From positions 5,299-69,298 of the forward strand of contig CAYIAA010000002.1 of assembly GCA_964361405.1 (NCBI GenBank): a stretch of DNA of 64,000 nucleotides, in the 5' to 3' direction. Every line of letters begins with the position of its first letter. Position 1 is the stretch's first letter. Source of the DNA: an uncultured Candidatus Saccharibacteria bacterium (GTDB lineage: Bacteria; Patescibacteriota; Minisyncoccia; Phycocordibacterales; UBA3531). The notes below the pieces were generated by a model, which was not told the DNA's origin, made no database searches, and worked only from the letters and a program-made list of their open reading frames with translations. The position numbers and the translations under genes are program-made. Of the stretch, positions 9,691 through 17,952 are shown in pieces.

Positions 9691-10139
9691 GTAAGCACTT
9701 CATCAACAATTTTTTTGACGAGACCCCCATCGACTTTTCCCTTCAAGTCCGCCATAAGCGCACTCATCAATTTTCCTGCGCCGTCTTTACTGTTCACGCC
9801 GAGCGCGGTTTTCTTTTTCATCGCGAGATCCCGCACATCTCTCTCGGAGAGCTGTGCGGGAAGATAGGGAACGAGGAATGCAATCTCCGCGCGTTCTCCC
9901 TCAGACAAATCTTTTCTCCCGCCTTTTTCGAATTGTTCGATGGAATCTTTTCTCTGTTTGACTTGCCGGGCGATGACGGCGGTCGCTTCTTCGTCCGTTA
10001 AGAATTCGGTCGGTTTCCGCTTTTTCGCGACGAGTTCGTTCGTGAATGCCGCGAGGAGCCCGCGGAGTGTGTCGAGTTTTACGCTTTCGCGTGCGAGCAT
10101 CGCTTTCTTGATATCGTCTTTTATTTGTTGGTGAAGCAT
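9687..10139 (-). CDS. GatB/YqeY domain protein
   Basis: MLHQQIKDDIKKAMLARE ... typical YqeY profile; start at ATG 10139 (the ORF-track TTG start at 10208 would run through the terminator palindrome). Confidence 0.75.
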   Translation of the reverse strand: MLHQQIKDDIKKAMLARESVKLDTLRGLLAAFTNELVAKKRKPTEFLTDEEATAVIARQVKQRKDSIEQFEKGGRKDLSEGERAEIAFLVPYLPAQLSERDVRDLAMKKKTALGVNSKDGAGKLMSALMADLKGKVDGGLVKKIVDEVLT

Positions 10140-10169
10140 GGCAAAAAAAGTATAGCACAGAAAAAAGTA

Positions 10170-10201
10170 GGGGTGGAAATCATATGATTTCCACCCCTTT
10201 T
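10170..10201. terminator. bidirectional rho-independent terminator (perfect 28-bp palindrome)
   Basis: GGGGTGGAAATCAT|ATGATTTCCACCCC followed by T-runs on both strands; lies 5 nt after the stop of the minus-strand mini-gene 10205-10438. Confidence 0.65.
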
Positions 10202-10204
10202 CGT

Positions 10205-10438
10205 TCAAGCCGACTCGCGACTTCTTTTCCTTCTCCGTGCAATCTCCCGGTACCTGAGTTCCCGACAGATCTGGGATACCCTGTGCCGGAATTCCTCCTG
10301 CGTGCAGTTGTGCAAGCGTTCCTGTCGGAGTACTTGTCCTGCGAGCCCAGGGATCGTGAGTCGACCTTTGTTCTGTGGAGCAAGGCGGACTACCTCATCC
10401 GCCAAGCGACGAAAGTTGAGTGCCAATGCTTTGGGCAT
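10205..10438 (-). CDS. small basic hypothetical protein (77 aa), GC-rich
   Basis: Own promoter-like TTGCAA-N17-TATAAT, SD GGGGGGTGA 5 nt before ATG, own terminator; local GC above neighbours. Confidence 0.45.
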   Translation of the reverse strand: MPKALALNFRRLADEVVRLAPQNKGRLTIPGLAGQVLRQERLHNCTQEEFRHRVSQICRELRYREIARRRKRSRESA

Positions 10439-10537
10439 TTTTCACCCCCCGTATCTTTCCTTATTATACTACTTTTTATATATTTTGCAAGTCCTTGGAG
10501 AAGGCCCCACCTCCTTATCGTGATACCATAGGCCACA

Positions 10538-11485
10538 ATGGAGCCGAAAAAACCTCGAGTCGTCATTGTCCACGGATGGGCCAGCTCGCCCGAGGATGCG
10601 TGGCTTCCATGGCTTCGCCGTGAACTTGAGTCTCGCGGTGTCGAGGTCATAGCACCGGCATTTCCAAACCCGAAAGAGCCCGATATTTCCGCATGGATTT
10701 CTCTATTGAGAGAATCAGTCCAAGCGCCGGATGAAAATACCCACTTCGTGGGACACAGTCTTGGTGGGTACGTTATTCTCAAATTTATTGAAAGTCTTCC
10801 TGCCGGCATAATGGTGGGAGGGGTTGTGTCGGTTGCATCTCGGATAAAGAAAGAAGGGAAGGTTGAAATAGACGTACGTAAAGTGCGGGAGAGTACGCGG
10901 GAAATTACCGCGTTTTTTTCAGATAACGATTACTATGTGCCAGTAGAGGAAGCGGCAGAGTGGCGAAAGCACCTTTCTGCAAGTACTACGCTTCTCAAAG
11001 GACAGGGGCATTTTTCCCGACGGGAAAAAATGACAGAACTTCCGATTGTACTTGAACTTATTCTCCAAATGTCAGGCTTTATCGCGCTTCCTCCTCGAGT
11101 GGGCGTGGCACTCCTCCGCGAAGGGAAAGTGCTCTTGATACGGCGGCTCTGGGACGGACAGGAGTATTATGCATTTCCTGGCGGAGGGATCGAAGAGGGC
11201 GAAGGAATAGATCAGGCGATTGAACGGGAAATTAAAGAAGAATTACAGCTTACGATCCTTGTCGGAGAACCATTTCTTAAAATCATGAACTTGGGGCGCT
11301 GGGAGACATTTTTTCTCATTCGCGATTTTGTCGGAGAACCGATAAAAAGCGCCGAACTTTTGGATACGACAGAGCGTGGGAGTCACGACCTTGTGTGGCT
11401 TACGTATGAAGAGTGTGCGAAGGCCTCCGCGGTGTATCCGGAGCGAGCACGGAGAGCACTTCTTTCAGAGTTGGAAAAGGTATGA
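10538..11485 (+). CDS. fusion protein: RBBP9/YdeN-like alpha/beta serine hydrolase + NUDIX hydrolase
   Basis: N-terminus VVIVHGWASSPEDAWLPWL ... FVGHSLGG (Ser_hydrolase pattern); C-terminal Nudix box GGGIEEGEGIDQAIEREIKEELQL. Confidence 0.7.
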   Translation: MEPKKPRVVIVHGWASSPEDAWLPWLRRELESRGVEVIAPAFPNPKEPDISAWISLLRESVQAPDENTHFVGHSLGGYVILKFIESLPAGIMVGGVVSVASRIKKEGKVEIDVRKVRESTREITAFFSDNDYYVPVEEAAEWRKHLSASTTLLKGQGHFSRREKMTELPIVLELILQMSGFIALPPRVGVALLREGKVLLIRRLWDGQEYYAFPGGGIEEGEGIDQAIEREIKEELQLTILVGEPFLKIMNLGRWETFFLIRDFVGEPIKSAELLDTTERGSHDLVWLTYEECAKASAVYPERARRALLSELEKV

Positions 11486-14469
11486 CCGGGAGAGCTTTTA
11501 CTAATCTCTATCGGCGGCTCAATCCCGAGCAGCGTGATGCAGTCGATGCCATCGAGGGGCCGGTGATGGTTGTCGCTGGACCCGGTACCGGAAAAACCGA
11601 AGTGCTTACGCTTCGCATCGCCAACATTCTCCGGAAAACTGATACTCCCCCGGAGGGAATTCTTGCTCTCACCTTTACCGACTCCGGCGTTTACTCGATG
11701 CGGCGGCGTTTGGTTGAAATCGTGGGAAGTGATGCGTACCGTGTCACCATTGCCACTTTCCATGGTTTTGCAAACGAAATTATCCGATCAAATCCGGGTG
11801 AATTTCCGGGAATCGTCGGGTCCGTCCACATACCTGCAATTGAGCAAATCAAAATCCTTGAGGCTATCGTCAAAGAGATGAAGCTTCCGCTATTAAAACC
11901 CTTCGGTGATCCTTTGTTTTACCTCTACCCACTCTCCCGCGCGATTGGGGATTTGAAAAAAGATGCGATTACGCCGGATGATCTTGAAAAAGAAAACCGT
12001 GCCGAGGAAATAAAACTCAAAAATCTTCCTGACCTCACCTACGAAAAGGGGGTGCGGAAGGGTACGATGCGCAGAATTTACCGCGCCAAGTTTAAAGACA
12101 TCGCAAAGATAGGGGAACTTTCCCGAGTGTATCGCGCATACCAGAAAGTGCTCGTCAAGGAGAAATTTTATGATTACGATGACATGATTGCGGAAGTTGT
12201 CAGGGCGCTTACAAAGAGCGAAGACTTGCGGCTTACTCTACAGGAAACCTATCTCTATGTTCTCGCGGATGAACACCAGGATGCAAACCGTGCGCAGAAT
12301 AAACTGCTCGAACTCTTGGCATCTTTCCACGATCCGTATCCGAATCTATTCATTGTCGGCGATGAAAAGCAGGCGATTTTCCGTTTTCAAGGTGCCTCCC
12401 TTGAAAACTTTCTCTACTTTAAGAGGCGCTACCCGAGGGCTCTCCTCGTGACGCTTTTGAGGAATTATCGCTCAACCAAAGCCTTACTCGGCGCCGCCGG
12501 AAGTATGATCGCGCGGAGCGGGATGCGTGTTTTAGGAAGCGAGGCATCCTTAATCGCGGTAGGGAGTAGAAAGGGAGAAGGTGTTCTTATTTACCCTTTT
12601 TCTTCCTCGGACCACGAAGTTAAATTTTTGTCCGCGGATATCAAAGAAGAACTCGCGAAAGGAACCCCTCCGGGGGAAATTGCCATTCTCTATCACGACA
12701 ATAAAGATGCTCTCCCTATCGCCGCCCTACTCTCGCGCTGCGGTATTCCGTTCGTAATTGAATCTGCCGAGGATGTCCTATCCGACTCTGACATAGTGAA
12801 GCTTGTCATGCTTCTCACCGCAGTCGAGCATTTCGGCGACGACGAAAAAGTTCTTGCGGCACTCCACCTTGATTTCCTTGGTATCCCGAGTCTCGATATC
12901 TTTCGCATTGCCGGCGAACGGAGTCGATCACACCTGCCCATCGTCGAGATTATACATTCGAAATCTGCACTCACCGCCGTCTCAGTCGGAGAATGTGAGC
13001 GAGTTCTTTCTTTTGCGCGCAATCTTTCTTTATGGCACAAAGCATCCAAGAATAAAAATCTCACCGAACTCCTTGAACTTGTTACCGAAGAATCTGGTTT
13101 CCTTGGGCATGTGATTTCACGACCCGATGCATTCGAGAAGCTTGAAAAAATCGATGCGCTCTTTAGCGAAGCGCGCAGGGTTCTCGGCACCCACCGCTCT
13201 TTTAAGCTTGCGGACTTTCTCGCTCACCTCGACCTTCTCGCGAAGTACCGTCTTTTTTCTTCCACTCGGTCGGCTGAAGGAAGATTTTCCCGCGTACACT
13301 TGCTCACGGCGCACCGCGCGAAGGGACTTGAGTTTGATGTTGTCTATATCACCGGGGCGACCGAAGGTCACTGGGGAGGACGAAGGAGATCAGTTTCCTT
13401 GCCGCTTCCCACGTCCGTAGGCACCGCCACCGACTCGATTGACGACGAGCGGCGGCTTTTTTACGTTGCGCTTACCCGTGCACGACGGAAGGTCGCGATA
13501 ACGTACTCTACGAAGGACGAACGGGGGAAAAACCTTCTTCCAGTCCAGTTTGTTGAGGAAATTGCTCTCGAGATGAAGCGTATTGTGCCTACGGAGGAAA
13601 TCGAGGCGATTGCAATGCGCTCACGGCTAAAAAAGAAGCCCATTCTAGCCCCCGCTCGTTCACCCCTTAAGGAAAAGGAATATTTGAACTCTCTCTTTCT
13701 TGAGCGGGGGCTTTCCGTCACCGCACTTAATAATTATCTCACCTGCCCGTGGCGGTATTTTTATGTGAACCTTCTTCGCGTTCCCGAAGCAAAAGGGAAA
13801 CACCAGATGTATGGCACCGCAGTACATACGGCGCTCAAGGAGTTTTTCGACGCGCTCCGAGGAGGCCGGAATATCGGAAAAAAAGAACTCCTTAGAATTT
13901 TTTCCGGACACCTGCGTCGGGAGCCGCTCTCTCGAGACGAACTTTCCGAGTCACTCGCGAAAGGAAAGCGCGCTCTTCGCGGATACCATGATCGGTATCG
14001 GAAGGAATGGAGTCCAAATATCATGAATGAATTTAGCGTTCGCGGCGTTCTCCTTGATGAGAAAATTCCTTTAACCGGCAAACTCGATAAGATCGAATTT
14101 CTTGATGCCGTTGGGCACGTCAATGTTGTTGATTATAAAACTGGAAGACCGCGATCGCGCGCTGTGATAGAAGGGAAAACCAAGGGCGGGGACGGAGCAT
14201 ACAAGCGTCAGCTCGTTTTCTATAAACTTCTTCTTGACCGCTATTTGGGAGGGAAGTACCACATGGTTTCCGGCGACATTGATTTTATCGAGCCGGATGC
14301 GAGCGGGAAATTTAGAAAAGAACGGTTTTTGATTGAAAGAACGGACGTCAACGCGCTTGAGGAAGTGGTGGGGCGTGTATCAAAGGAAATCCTGTCGCTC
14401 TCGTTTTGGGGCCGGAGGTGTAGAGATAAGGAATGTCGGTATTGCCGACTTGCAAAGATGAAGGAATAA
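11482..14469 (+). CDS. UvrD/PcrA-family DNA helicase with C-terminal Cas4/AddB-like Fe-S PD-(D/E)xK nuclease domain
   Basis: Walker A AGPGTGKT, helicase motifs (LADEHQD, VGDEKQAIFRFQGA, LLRNYRST); C-terminus VVDYKTGRP ... YKRQL plus Cys cluster C(TCPWRY) ... CRDKECRYC; ATGA overlap with the upstream stop. Confidence 0.8.
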   Translation: MTGRAFTNLYRRLNPEQRDAVDAIEGPVMVVAGPGTGKTEVLTLRIANILRKTDTPPEGILALTFTDSGVYSMRRRLVEIVGSDAYRVTIATFHGFANEIIRSNPGEFPGIVGSVHIPAIEQIKILEAIVKEMKLPLLKPFGDPLFYLYPLSRAIGDLKKDAITPDDLEKENRAEEIKLKNLPDLTYEKGVRKGTMRRIYRAKFKDIAKIGELSRVYRAYQKVLVKEKFYDYDDMIAEVVRALTKSEDLRLTLQETYLYVLADEHQDANRAQNKLLELLASFHDPYPNLFIVGDEKQAIFRFQGASLENFLYFKRRYPRALLVTLLRNYRSTKALLGAAGSMIARSGMRVLGSEASLIAVGSRKGEGVLIYPFSSSDHEVKFLSADIKEELAKGTPPGEIAILYHDNKDALPIAALLSRCGIPFVIESAEDVLSDSDIVKLVMLLTAVEHFGDDEKVLAALHLDFLGIPSLDIFRIAGERSRSHLPIVEIIHSKSALTAVSVGECERVLSFARNLSLWHKASKNKNLTELLELVTEESGFLGHVISRPDAFEKLEKIDALFSEARRVLGTHRSFKLADFLAHLDLLAKYRLFSSTRSAEGRFSRVHLLTAHRAKGLEFDVVYITGATEGHWGGRRRSVSLPLPTSVGTATDSIDDERRLFYVALTRARRKVAITYSTKDERGKNLLPVQFVEEIALEMKRIVPTEEIEAIAMRSRLKKKPILAPARSPLKEKEYLNSLFLERGLSVTALNNYLTCPWRYFYVNLLRVPEAKGKHQMYGTAVHTALKEFFDALRGGRNIGKKELLRIFSGHLRREPLSRDELSESLAKGKRALRGYHDRYRKEWSPNIMNEFSVRGVLLDEKIPLTGKLDKIEFLDAVGHVNVVDYKTGRPRSRAVIEGKTKGGDGAYKRQLVFYKLLLDRYLGGKYHMVSGDIDFIEPDASGKFRKERFLIERTDVNALEEVVGRVSKEILSLSFWGRRCRDKECRYCRLAKMKE

Positions 14470-14485
14470 TCGCCTCAAATGAAAA

Positions 14486-14523
14486 GGCCGCGGTCTTCAC
14501 ACTCTTGTGTGAAAACCGCGGCC
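14486..14523. terminator. hairpin terminator between convergent genes
   Basis: GGCCGCGGT-cttcacactcttgtgtgaaa-ACCGCGGCC; U-tract is on the minus-strand side (TTTTCATTT), so it mainly serves the minus-strand gene. Confidence 0.55.
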
Positions 14524-14538
14524 CAGAGCCTGTGTCGG

Positions 14539-15198
14539 CTAGTGAATGACTCGTCCCTCCTTCGACTTCGAGCGGAGTTCGTCGCCGATCGAGACACGGA
14601 GATCACTCCCCCTTGTCTTGGTCGCCGCGGATGATTTCCCCTCTTCGGAATCACCGTTCTCTTCGATGGTGATTCCGAAGAGGGAGAGCACTTCCTGTTG
14701 GTGTGCCCGATGGAGATCGCGTGCCGTGATCTTCTCCTTGAGCTCCTTCTCCTGCACTTCAAGGCCGGCGATCTTTCTCTTGGTCATTTCAATCTCTTTG
14801 TCGATCCAGTCGAGTCGGCCCCTCCAATAGTCGGTAGCTAGGGTGGAGAACTTCTCCCTCGGAATCTCCCTTCCCTGTGACCCGCCCACCTTCTTTCGGA
14901 GAGCTTCGACACAGTGATGACACCCAGTGCGCCGAATTTTGTCCGAGTGCACCTCAGCCTTGGTGACTAGGTAGTTCACCCAGCCGTTCTCCTTGATGAG
15001 TGGCCCAGTGCCAAGACATCCCTGCGAGTTCTTCTTGAGGAAGTTGAATTCGCAGACGAATGGTTGATCAGGTCGTGCCGCCACTTCCTCTCTCTTCGTG
15101 ACGAACTCCCCGTATCTCTTCTGGTTGTCCGCGAGGCGGTTCACGACCTCTCCGAGGGTATCCTCGTAGGTCTTTGTCGGTACCTCTTTGGTCGACAT
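14539..15198 (-). CDS. hypothetical protein with Zn-binding-like Cys/His motif and coiled coil (219 aa), GC-rich
   Basis: C-x21-C ... CHHC motif, K/E-rich coiled-coil segment, GAG/AAG/CTC/GTC-rich codon usage unlike the flanking genes. Confidence 0.5.
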   Translation of the reverse strand: MSTKEVPTKTYEDTLGEVVNRLADNQKRYGEFVTKREEVAARPDQPFVCEFNFLKKNSQGCLGTGPLIKENGWVNYLVTKAEVHSDKIRRTGCHHCVEALRKKVGGSQGREIPREKFSTLATDYWRGRLDWIDKEIEMTKRKIAGLEVQEKELKEKITARDLHRAHQQEVLSLFGITIEENGDSEEGKSSAATKTRGSDLRVSIGDELRSKSKEGRVIH

Positions 15199-15330
15199 TG
15201 GCCTTTCTCCTATTCGATAGTTGTACAGAGCGCCAAAGAACTTTTCAATGGCACTAGGAACATTCTCTTTTTATTTAAGCATATCATAATATTTTTGTCA
15301 AGTATCATCGGACTCTCACCCTGCGTTACT

Positions 15331-16050
15331 ATGGTTCCTATGGCAAGTAATAGTAATGAAAGAGCGAAGGCCTTATGGCTTTCTCCGACAGGTGTACAGG
15401 GTCTCGAGCGTTGTCCGCGGTGCTTTTGGCTCAAGTACCGGAAAGGTGTCCACCAGCCGGAGGGTATTGTGTCGCGACTTGCGAACCGTTTCGACTCCGT
15501 CATAAAAAAATACTTCGATGCATATCGCCCCAAGCTCCCGCCGATAATCTCAAACACCTTAGAGGGCACACTTGAAGACCCCTTTCAGGAAAAATACTTT
15601 TATCGGCACGATGAGCGCTATGGCTATCTCGGCAAATTGGATGAGTGTATCATCGCCTTGGACGGGCGGCGTTCAGTAGTTGACCACAAAACGTCGAGCT
15701 CGGATCCGCGTGAAAAACAAACACTCTCCGCCTACCAGGACCAGCTAAACTCATATGCATGGCTTCTTGAAGAAAGCGGGAAGAAGACTTCCGGTGTCGG
15801 CCACCTCATCTACTTTTACCCGGATCATGCCGATGACCTCGAAAAGAGGTTTCCAATGGTAGTACACGTTTCAACGCTCACGACGAATTCGGATGCGGCA
15901 AAGCGAAAGTTTCTCCACGCACTCGACGTGCTTGAGAGCGCGATGCCCTCCCCCTCGGCCGATTGCCCCTTTTGTTCGTGGCACTCGAAAATGAAGGACG
16001 TCACCGCACCTTCTTCGCGCAAGGCGAAAGATCAGGAGTCCTTATTTTAA
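15331..16050 (+). CDS. PD-(D/E)xK nuclease, Cas4/RecB-like with 4-Cys cluster
   Basis: CPRCFWLKY at the N-terminus, VVDHKTSS (D/ExK core), DCPFCSWHSK at the C-terminus; start ATG 15331 (ORF-track start 15064 overlaps the divergent gene). Confidence 0.65.
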   Translation: MVPMASNSNERAKALWLSPTGVQGLERCPRCFWLKYRKGVHQPEGIVSRLANRFDSVIKKYFDAYRPKLPPIISNTLEGTLEDPFQEKYFYRHDERYGYLGKLDECIIALDGRRSVVDHKTSSSDPREKQTLSAYQDQLNSYAWLLEESGKKTSGVGHLIYFYPDHADDLEKRFPMVVHVSTLTTNSDAAKRKFLHALDVLESAMPSPSADCPFCSWHSKMKDVTAPSSRKAKDQESLF

Positions 16051-16057
16051 TGCTTTT

Positions 16058-16083
16058 ATATCAAGTGCCATCCTTGATATTTT
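16058..16083 (+). terminator. rho-independent terminator
   Basis: ATATCAAG-tgccatc-CTTGATAT followed by TTTAAT. Confidence 0.5.
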
Positions 16084-16100
16084 AATGTGGGCTTCGACTC

Positions 16101-17948
16101 CTAAACTTCAAGCAGGACCGGAAGTATAATCGGCCGCTTCTTAGTTTGATTAAAAAGAAATTTTCCGATTGTTTCGCGTACGTTATTTTTCACAAAGTCG
16201 AAATTGATGGGGCGCATGGGCCCAATCGAATCTTCGACAGACTTTTTGACGAGGAGGCGGGTTTGATTTAAGAGGTCTTGCGACTCTTTCAGGTAGATGA
16301 ACCCGCGCGAAATGATGTCCGGAGATTTTTTAATCTTCCCGCTTTTCGTGTCGATTACGGCGACGATGACGAACATGCCGTCCTGCGCCAAAACTTGCCG
16401 GTCGCGGATTACAACCTCTTTCACGTCGCCGCGGCCGAGCCCGTCAACCATGACGATGCCTGCCGGGGCTCCTTGTTTTGCCGCCTGGATTTTCTCTCCG
16501 CCCCCGGTAATCTCGATGATCATGCCGTTGTCGGGAATTACTATGTTGCTTTCCGCTATGCCGGCCGCCTTCGCAACAGCTCCGTGGACACGGAGCATAT
16601 AGTGGTAGCCGTGGACGGGGATAAAGAACTTCGGTTTCAGCGTGGAAATAATCCACTTCGCTTCTTCTTTGTAGGCATGTCCGCTCGAATGGACGTTAGC
16701 GACGTCTTGGTGGAGGATGGAGGCACCCTGGCGCGAGAGGTTGTCTTTTAGTTTCTGCACATCGCGCTCATTTCCCGGAATGACGGATGAAGAAAGAACG
16801 ACTACGTCGGTTTTATTAATCTTGATGTGCTTATGCTGACGGTTTGCAATCCGCATGAGTGCCGCGAATTCATCTCCTTGCGCGCCGGTCGCCAAAATGA
16901 TGATTTTATTCGGTGGATGAGAACCCATTTCTTCAACGGGGATGATTGTGTGTTTTTTAGGTTTGAGTAACCCCAGCTCCTTTGCGATTTCAACGTTAAT
17001 TTTCATTGACCTTCCTTCGATCACTACCTTTTTTCCGAGTTCCTCCGCGGTGTAGATGATGTAGATAATGCGTTCGAGGAGCGAGGAGAAAATTCCGATG
17101 ATGAGTCGCCCTTTTGCCTCGCTCACAATTTGGCGGAGATTCTCATGCACAGCTCGTTCGGCAAAGCTGAAGCCCTCCCGCTCGGTGTTGGTCGAATCCG
17201 CAAGGAGAAGCAGATTTTTCTGCGAACCAATTGCCGTGAAGATCTCGACTTCATGCGGGAGCGGCACACCGTCCTGGTGGTCGATTTTGAGATCGCCCGA
17301 ATGGATGATATTCCCGTGCGGGGTTTCAATGATGACCCCCATGGCGTCGGGAATAGTGTGCGTGACGGCAAAGAAGCGAGCAGAGAGTAATGGCCCGAAG
17401 GGAATGACCCCCTCTTTTTCAATGATGTTTAAATTGAGTTTCGGAAGGTGAGGGAACTCCGATTGCCGTTTTCTGATGATGGCGGCAGTGAGTTCCCGTG
17501 CATAAATCGGTGGGTTCCCGATTTTTTCTATGATAAAAGGAATGCCTCCGACGTGGTCGAGGTGACCGTGCGTAATGATGAGGCCGCGGATGGAGCTTTT
17601 CCGCGCTTCGAGGTAGCCAGTGTCGGGAATGATGTAGTCGACGCCGGGCGCTTCATCGCCCGGGAATTGGATACCGGCATCAACGATGACGATTTCGTTC
17701 TTGTATTCGATAACCGTCATGTTTTTTCCGATTTCCTCGACCCCGCCGAGTGGAATAACCCGGATAGTCTCGTCTAATGGGCCGCGGCGTGGAACCTGAC
17801 GCGGTTCTCGGCGCATTCCTCCGCGGGGTCGACCCATGCCGCGAGGAGGATGTGCGCTTCCTTGTCCACGCACTCCGAAGTGCCTACGCGGCCCCTGCCG
17901 CGGACGCTTTGCTCCGTGTCCTTGTCCTTCTCGTATCGTTGTTTCCAT
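16101..17948 (-). CDS. rnj: ribonuclease J (beta-CASP metallo-beta-lactamase) with Arg/Gly-rich N-terminal extension
   Basis: ITHGHLDHVGG, beta-CASP region, C-terminal domain; start ATG 17948 lies 4 nt after the upstream stop; N-terminus GQGHGAKRPRQGPRRHFGVRGQG ... RGMGRPRGGMRR. Confidence 0.85.
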   Translation of the reverse strand: METTIREGQGHGAKRPRQGPRRHFGVRGQGSAHPPRGMGRPRGGMRREPRQVPRRGPLDETIRVIPLGGVEEIGKNMTVIEYKNEIVIVDAGIQFPGDEAPGVDYIIPDTGYLEARKSSIRGLIITHGHLDHVGGIPFIIEKIGNPPIYARELTAAIIRKRQSEFPHLPKLNLNIIEKEGVIPFGPLLSARFFAVTHTIPDAMGVIIETPHGNIIHSGDLKIDHQDGVPLPHEVEIFTAIGSQKNLLLLADSTNTEREGFSFAERAVHENLRQIVSEAKGRLIIGIFSSLLERIIYIIYTAEELGKKVVIEGRSMKINVEIAKELGLLKPKKHTIIPVEEMGSHPPNKIIILATGAQGDEFAALMRIANRQHKHIKINKTDVVVLSSSVIPGNERDVQKLKDNLSRQGASILHQDVANVHSSGHAYKEEAKWIISTLKPKFFIPVHGYHYMLRVHGAVAKAAGIAESNIVIPDNGMIIEITGGGEKIQAAKQGAPAGIVMVDGLGRGDVKEVVIRDRQVLAQDGMFVIVAVIDTKSGKIKKSPDIISRGFIYLKESQDLLNQTRLLVKKSVEDSIGPMRPINFDFVKNNVRETIGKFLFNQTKKRPIILPVLLEV

Positions 17949-17952
17949 AGTG

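Noticed and set aside
10170-10197. 28-bp perfect palindrome as a possible IS or transposon terminal inverted repeat or restriction-type site
   Set aside because: It is a single copy, sits 5 nt after a stop codon and is followed by T-runs on both strands, so it is better explained as a bidirectional intrinsic terminator.
10390-10809. 139-aa minus-strand ORF
   Set aside because: Overlaps the start and N-terminus of the hydrolase-Nudix gene and the promoter of the 10205-10438 gene; no RBS or family.
16278-17777. Long ORFs antisense or alternative-frame inside rnj (157, 127, 109 aa and others)
   Set aside because: They are embedded in the well-supported RNase J gene; typical spurious antisense ORFs.
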